NCBI GenBank assembly: GCA_023334545.1
Contig: JAADVB010000039.1
Span: forward strand, 38,063 to 102,062
Length of the DNA stretch: 64,000 nucleotides
Direction: 5' to 3'
DNA from: Salisapilia sapeloensis CBS 127946
Taxonomy: Eukaryota > Protista > Oomycota
Under the pieces are notes generated by a model that was not told where the DNA came from, ran no database searches, and was given only the letters and a program-made list of their open reading frames with translations. Both the position numbers and the translations under genes were made by a program. This document shows positions 58,156 through 64,000 of the stretch, in pieces; positions within the stretch are counted from its first letter, which is position 1; each line of letters starts with the position of its first letter.

Positions 58156-59560
58156 CTAAAATTCTTTATCCTTTATTCGTTCGGCATTGTTGATCGTCAT
58201 ATTGCTTCGACAAATTAGCTCCAGTCCCCAATTCGCGATTACAGCGTACAAGTAAAACCATTCCCAGAGTAGCGGGACTGGATCATTTTCCCCGAGGCGA
58301 GTAGACAGCCTCTGCCAAAGAAAAGAGCTTTTCTGCATCATTAGGTGTTCCGAGTACCCATTCAATATTAATATATCGGTATTTATCTTCATGTGTTCGT
58401 AGTTCCTCTAAAAATAGCGACAGTTGCGAAGTCTGTTTTACTTTGTTCTTCGGCTAGAGCAGCACTTTCACGCCAACGCTTCCTGAAATTTTTTACAGCT
58501 TCTATTTCACTTTCTCTAAAGTCTGTCTCGTTTCCTTGTAATACCTTAATGATGCCTCTTTCAAAGTCTTTATATTGGCGTATGTCTGAATTGTCAGACA
58601 AATGCTGTGTGCAACTTAATGGATACTTTTGGATCAGCCTGTTAAAGATAGTTCTGGTAGCATGAGGCGGTATGTCTTCAGCTAATTGTAATTGCTTTGC
58701 ACACGACTCGAAATCTTTTCATTCTTTTTAAAAGCGTTCATTTGTAGATTTTCATTAGCAGTAGGAAACAAGATAGCAATAAATCGATCTATGGTTTTTA
58801 ACTGGTCTCTGATTTTAACGCATCTTTAGAACCTACGATAAATACTAGACCATCTTTTATCGTTGCGAATCACAGGCATAATTAAATCTAGTTCTCGCAA
58901 GACAGTCTTTTTAGATTTCTTGAATTCATGCGTTCATGTGTCCACAACCTCAATAGCATCTTCGTAATTTTTAAATGTTTCTTAATTGCTAGGTTTAACT
59001 GGTGTGAGGCACAACCGATCACTGGTATAGAGACGTTTTGTGCTAATACTTTATTTACACTTGCATTATCAGCAACGAAGGATGCTATTATAAGTACATG
59101 CAGATGGTAGTCATGTAGCATAGAATCACATAACTTGATATTAGTATCAGAGATAAATATGACAATATTTAACTTTCTTAATCCTTCTTGAAGTTGAATC
59201 TTATCTTCGAATGGTTCTAACGCATTGAAATCACGATGCTGCGCCTTCGTTCGAATAAGTTTGAATGTCAAAAGATACGTTTTGGATTCGGAGCTATTTG
59301 AGTCGCATTGACAAACAGCAAGTACGCCTAAAGGATGCTACGGTTCCCCGCGCCAAAAGAAAACAATTGTCATTTTCTCAGCTTTGGCTTTCTTTGTTGG
59401 CTTTAACAATACTTTAAATCGTCAATTGCATGTTCGCTAAACATTCGCGATGACTTGTTGGCTACATTACTGTATGTGCGTGATAACGAGACCTCTGTCA
59501 ATGTGGCAAACTTACTTAAATGGCATAACGAGCATAACATATGCTCTAATTTTGGCATAT
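58156..59560 (-). mobile_element. Degenerate hAT-type DNA transposase relic inside an AT-rich island (about 57590-59930)
   Basis: Frame-broken motifs ALEPFEDK, FVADNASVNKVLAQNVSIPVIGCASHQLNLAI, PVIRNDKRWSSIY, DFERGIIKVLQG..E.EAV..F, and terminal L.EW..L...NW. Many stops and frameshifts; terminal inverted repeats not confirmed. Confidence 0.8.
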
Positions 59561-59957
59561 AGAATTGCAGTTGTTAGATTTATATTAGCTAAAATGGCGA
59601 TGATAAGCATTTACAAATGAAATATGCAGGGAAACGAAATGAAACGGTTTACCGCTTGCAACGGCCAATAAAAATGCAAGAATTTAGACCACTCAAGTGA
59701 ATTAGTTGTTAATATAAGTTCCCCTTCTGAATTTATCTACTAAAATGTAGCAATATCGAAATATGCTTTGTATGTAAATGGCCTTTGCAGCTTATCCATC
59801 TGTGTAAGTATTTATCAAGCACTAGACTCAAAATCTGTGAAATCCTAAAACTATCCGGTACAAGTATATTATAATATATGTGTTTGAAATAGATGTAATA
59901 AACTTTAAAAGTAGCCGAGTGTGAACAAAAGTTTGGAACCTCAGACGAGAATCGAAG

Positions 59958-61649
59958 ATGAGTACGCAATTGCGCCGTGGACTGCGCCGTGGATTCGTAC
60001 GTAGCCTTGTGCAGGCACCTACAAGCCGCACACGACTGACTAGACAGTCAAACCTATCCAATTACTTCCGTGCTTTCTCGGCGGCGCCAAAACCGCCTGT
60101 GCAAGCCGCTGAAGCGTCGACGACCACAAGCTCGAGCAAATCTTCCAAGGCTTCTGCCACAAGCGAAGCGACTCAAAAAGCAGAAGAACAATCTGGTATG
60201 CATCATTTCTACTATGTACCTTCATCTAGACTAATTGACCTGCTTTTCACCTGATAAATAGCTGGAGCAAACGTCGAAGATGTGAAAATCGGAGTGGAGA
60301 CGGTTGGTGCCGAGAACACGCGCACATTGACCATCGCAGACGTCCTGTCCACTCGCGGCGACAACTCTGACAAGCGATCTCAGTTTGAAGACTGGGAAAG
60401 CATCGCTAGCAACGTACATTCTCTATATTCCATACCATATCTCTACCTAATCTGACAAAAAACCTCTTAGAAAACGGTGCATGATGCCATCAATCTAATG
60501 GTCAAGCGTAAGATGGGCTCGCTCATCGTCACCGAAGAAGACGGTGGTATCGTCGGCATCGTCACGGAGCGCGACGTCCTGCGCAAGATCTCTCCTCGCT
60601 CGATTCTCAAGGACGAGACGCCAGTAAAGCAGATCATGACGTCCCAGATCACTTGTATCCACGAGTCTACGACCATCATCGACGCCCTAGCGACCATGTC
60701 CGAAGAGAACGTTCGTCACTTGGCCGTAATCAATGAAGAGGAAGCTCGGAAAGCTATCAAGCGAGACATTGTCCCGAAGGAAGCCATGCGTTGTGTTCTA
60801 TCGATTAAAGACATTATCAAGGCGTACTATCGTTTCGAGTCAGAGGAAAATGAGGCTGAGTTAGTGGAAGAAGAGGAGAAGCAGAAAGCACCTAAGGGAA
60901 AAAAGATCAAAGACAAGACTGCTGCCAAGGAAGAAACCAAGGAAGAAAGCAAGGAAGAAGCGTCTGCGTCTAAAGAAGAAACGGACGTCAAGGAAGAAGC
61001 TGCGGAGAGTGACGAACCAATTATCACAGCTCTGACACTCGTGAAGAAGAAGAATCAGACGGTCAAGATGATTCTCAACACGCGCTTGGATGACGGCGTG
61101 ACGGTGGCAGATGCTGTCGAGTCCATGGCTCGAAACAACTTTGGCGCGGTTCTTGTCGTGGATGAAAAGCAGCAGGTGCTCGGTATCTTCACGGAGCGTG
61201 ACTACCTGACCAAGGTCTTGAATAAGAAGCGTGACCCGGAGAAACTCGAGATGATCGATGTCGCTACGACCGACCTGTCTCTCCTCCTCTCTCACGATCC
61301 TCTCGCTAAGATCTGGAAGATGGCCGCGACCAAGTACTTCCGACACTATCCTGTCGTGAGCAAGGCACAAGAAGAAGGCCATGAACTCGTTGGTCTCTTG
61401 AGCATTAAGGATCTTGTCAAGGAGCTCACGAAAGACCATGATGCGTCTCGAGGTTTCCGTCTCATGGACTTTTTCAAATCCAAGATGGAGAGTAAGAAGG
61501 AGGAACCAAAGGTAGAGGAGCAGACGGATGTGAAGGCTGAAGAACCGGTTGTACCAGTGGCTGAATCCGACGACGTCGAACAAGATAAAGAGGTACAAGT
61601 GGATCCAGCGAAGAAGAAGGCTGCACGTCAGAAGCAGACGGAGGAATAG
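59958..61649 (+). CDS. Four-CBS-domain protein with mitochondrial presequence; 3 exons
   Basis: TVHDAINLMVKRKMGSLIV..VGIVTERDVLRK..VRHLAVI; TVADAVESMARNNFGAVLV..GIFTERDYLTK..FRHYPVV..GLLSIKDLVK; acidic/Lys-rich linker. Confidence 0.9.
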
Positions 61650-61704
61650 ACACGAATGGAAAGGACATACCTTTCGGATCAACTTGTTCTATGTTTAATT
61701 GTAT

Positions 61705-63216
61705 TTATTCCAAAACGGGTGGAAACGCAGCCTTGCGCGATGTTGCTCTTGGTACAGACATGAGACTCTCGGATGTTGTAAAAGCATGCCAAGAGCAGAA
61801 TAAATCTTCGTTCCAATCTCGTGCGAGAGAATCTTCCACTTGGATCGTCTGCGTGTGGATACCCAGATCGTACAGTAGTACCTGAACGTCACGTAACGTC
61901 TTCTTCGCATCTGCGTTAGGTAAAATATGGACACTTGCAGCTAAATCGTTCTCGGATAAAGACCAAATGCGCAAGTCATGGACGTCATACACCGATTCGA
62001 CCTGTCGCAACCGCTTTTCCACGACACGCAAGTCGATCTGTGGAGGCGCGGCTTCGAGCAGGATGAGGACGCTACGGCAGAAAACGCCGTAGGTGGTACC
62101 TAAGACTAGGATCGATGATAGGACCGTTGCAATCGGGTCTGCCAACTGCCACGTTGGCTGCCACCAGATGAGGACACTAGCGAAGCAGACGCCGACACTC
62201 TGGATAAAATCTCCTAACGCATGAACGTACGCTGCTCGAACATTCAAGTTTTCAAAGACAGAAGAAGACGACTGGCGTTTCAACGGAGCATCGTCGTCGT
62301 CTGTAGATTGAGCGACGGTCGCCTCCTTATCCTCGTCCATTAACGCCACGGCTGACATGGGTGTCTTGACAAAGTTGTTTCCGCTAGTGGGAGGGCTTGG
62401 CTGTGCTTCTTCACGGGTGTGAGCATGGGGGTGACTGTGAGCATGGCTGTGGGCGTGGCCGTGGGAATGGCCCAGAATACCCATGAGTATGATGTTAAAG
62501 AACAGACCGATAATCGAAACAATGAACATTGCTTCACCATCGACGACAGTGCCTTCATCCTCGGACAAGAGCTCCTCGTCCGACTGCTGAACTTGCGTGA
62601 CGATGCGTTGGATGGCAGTAGCAAGCAGAGCTCCAGTCAGTCCCCATATGACCAAGACACTTACGAGAGCACCAAGTACCTCAGCTCGATGGTACCCAAA
62701 TGGCATGCTTGGGGAAGGTGGGAAGGCAGCAATGTATACTGCCAGGAGGGAGATGGCAAAGGACGTTACGTCCGAGGACAAATGTGCAGCGTCGGTCATG
62801 ATCGCTAGACTGCCTGCATAGTAGCCACCAACGAACTGTAAGATCATGAAAACGACCGAGACACCACATGCATATTGTAATTTGTGTATGGCGGACTTTG
62901 TCATGGCGGATGTATGCTCATGCCTGTCCTTGTCTCCATTCCCTACGTCCTCATCTTCATCAAAAGGACTAGCAATGTCCGATGGAAATGAATCTGGCTT
63001 GTGTTTACTCGACCGAGATGAAACGAGTCCTTCCTGTTGTACTCTCCGTTGCGTATCGACAAGATTGCGAGGCATGCGAGGTGTGTATCCACCACTATCC
63101 TCGTCAATATCTACATGGAGAGACAGCTTTGGTACCTTTTCCTTTGCACTGGTGGCAACTTGCGGCGGACGTTCTCCCTCTGATGAGGCTGACGCCATCC
63201 TTTTTAGACTGGACAA
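61705..63216 (-). CDS. Cation diffusion facilitator zinc transporter (ZnT2/MTP1-like)
   Basis: GSLAIMTDAAHLSSD, FGYHRAEVLGAL, His loop HSHGHAHSHAHSHPHAH, NVRAAYVHALGD, ADPI, VHDLRIW. Confidence 0.95.
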   Translation of the reverse strand: MSSLKRMASASSEGERPPQVATSAKEKVPKLSLHVDIDEDSGGYTPRMPRNLVDTQRRVQQEGLVSSRSSKHKPDSFPSDIASPFDEDEDVGNGDKDRHEHTSAMTKSAIHKLQYACGVSVVFMILQFVGGYYAGSLAIMTDAAHLSSDVTSFAISLLAVYIAAFPPSPSMPFGYHRAEVLGALVSVLVIWGLTGALLATAIQRIVTQVQQSDEELLSEDEGTVVDGEAMFIVSIIGLFFNIILMGILGHSHGHAHSHAHSHPHAHTREEAQPSPPTSGNNFVKTPMSAVALMDEDKEATVAQSTDDDDAPLKRQSSSSVFENLNVRAAYVHALGDFIQSVGVCFASVLIWWQPTWQLADPIATVLSSILVLGTTYGVFCRSVLILLEAAPPQIDLRVVEKRLRQVESVYDVHDLRIWSLSENDLAASVHILPNADAKKTLRDVQVLLYDLGIHTQTIQVEDSLARDWNEDLFCSWHAFTTSESLMSVPRATSRKAAFPPVLE

Positions 63217-64000
63217 GCGCTACTTCGTAGAATCGCTTCAGTTGTTGTACTAATATTCATTTCGAGGAAATCACTTGACTTTTGTATGGCTCGACCATCC
63301 AAAATGTCAGGTATTCCGACACGATCGTCGCAACTCAGGAACACTTGGAGCAACTATGGGCGGCTGTACTCAGACTCGTATATCACGAGTACGAAACACC
63401 GCTTGAAACGGATAGATGGGTGATTCGAGTAACTGATAGCGACATGGGCTTAAATGCAGTGCTATCTTTGTCTTTGTAGCAAATATACTTGTTTTCTCTA
63501 CTTTGATTACTGATATGTGGAGATAATGGGATCTGCCCTAGTGTACAATGCATTCGGACGTACTTGTCTCGCCATGTAGGTATTCACGCGTACTTTACCT
63601 TGTCAGCTACCATAATGCAATGAGAGACTATCTATAGCCACTCGAGTCGGCTTCGTTGAGTGAAATTTTGCGTAGATACCTCGCGGCGTAGTGGCTGTCT
63701 CAGGTTTCCGCATCTAATTCAGTCCGCTACTATAACAATTTGCAAATCTTTCGAGGAGGGTAGCTAATGTGTTCGAGACCTGCTCATGAAGTGAGTGATA
63801 GTTTCTGTTACTTTGCATTAAGAAGAGTCTGATAGCTGTGGAGAGAGTACATCGCGTCATTAATGCCGCCTTTTCTCTTCGAGAACTAGAAAACAACTAG
63901 AAAGTCATGCTTAATGAAAAGCTCTGGCTAATTTGGATGAGTTACTACAACGGTAGAATCTGGCACGTAGCAGAAGGAGGAAGTGTCCAGGCATTGATAA

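Noticed and set aside
57586-59650. Candidate hAT termini: CAGGGCTCC at 57586 and Ac-like CAGGGAAACGAAATGAAACGG near 59627
   Set aside because: Both are on the same strand, so they are not an inverted pair, and I found no matching 8-bp target-site duplication.
33480-63691. Possible TAG reassignment suggested by in-frame TAGs in protein-like stretches (33480, 63635, 63689)
   Set aside because: Glucosidase I (..IMAETY*), the Kazal/GPI protein, DUSP12 and the CBS protein all end at TAG at natural C-termini, so TAG is a normal stop.
1-64000. CRISPR arrays, prokaryotic operons or defence systems, tRNA and rRNA genes
   Set aside because: No regularly spaced repeats, cloverleaf or rRNA signatures were seen, and spliceosomal introns show the DNA is eukaryotic. 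The single Mrr-fold gene has no methyltransferase partner and has a mitochondrial-type presequence.

Overview
Gene-dense eukaryotic DNA with short GT-AG introns (about 50-80 nt where I could place them). It is almost certainly from an oomycete (stramenopile), judging by four START-like+FYVE paralogues, a Kazal inhibitor, a large NAD-glutamate dehydrogenase and an oomycete-type hAT transposase relic. About 33 protein-coding genes can be supported; I found no rRNA, tRNA or CRISPR array. The most unusual items are: (1) a >950-codon ORF running off the left edge, missed by the ORF track, that joins a permuted papain-like (C92/YiiX-type) catalytic domain, two cNMP-binding domains, an Aralar-like EF-hand segment and what looks like the start of a mitochondrial carrier; it lies head-to-head (75 bp) with a mitochondrial Mrr/RRG7-like nuclease-fold gene; (2) a CID-cyclin K/L-RS fusion; (3) a RAD51D-like protein with no Walker A or B; (4) a tesmin/LIN54 CXC protein with a C-terminal F-box and a CCAAT+E2F+CHR-like promoter; (5) 15 consecutive genes in strict +/- strand alternation, including three acid-phosphatase paralogues each separated by an unrelated gene. 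Exon boundaries were inferred by eye from GT-AG sites and reading frame. All family assignments rest on motif recognition, not database searches.
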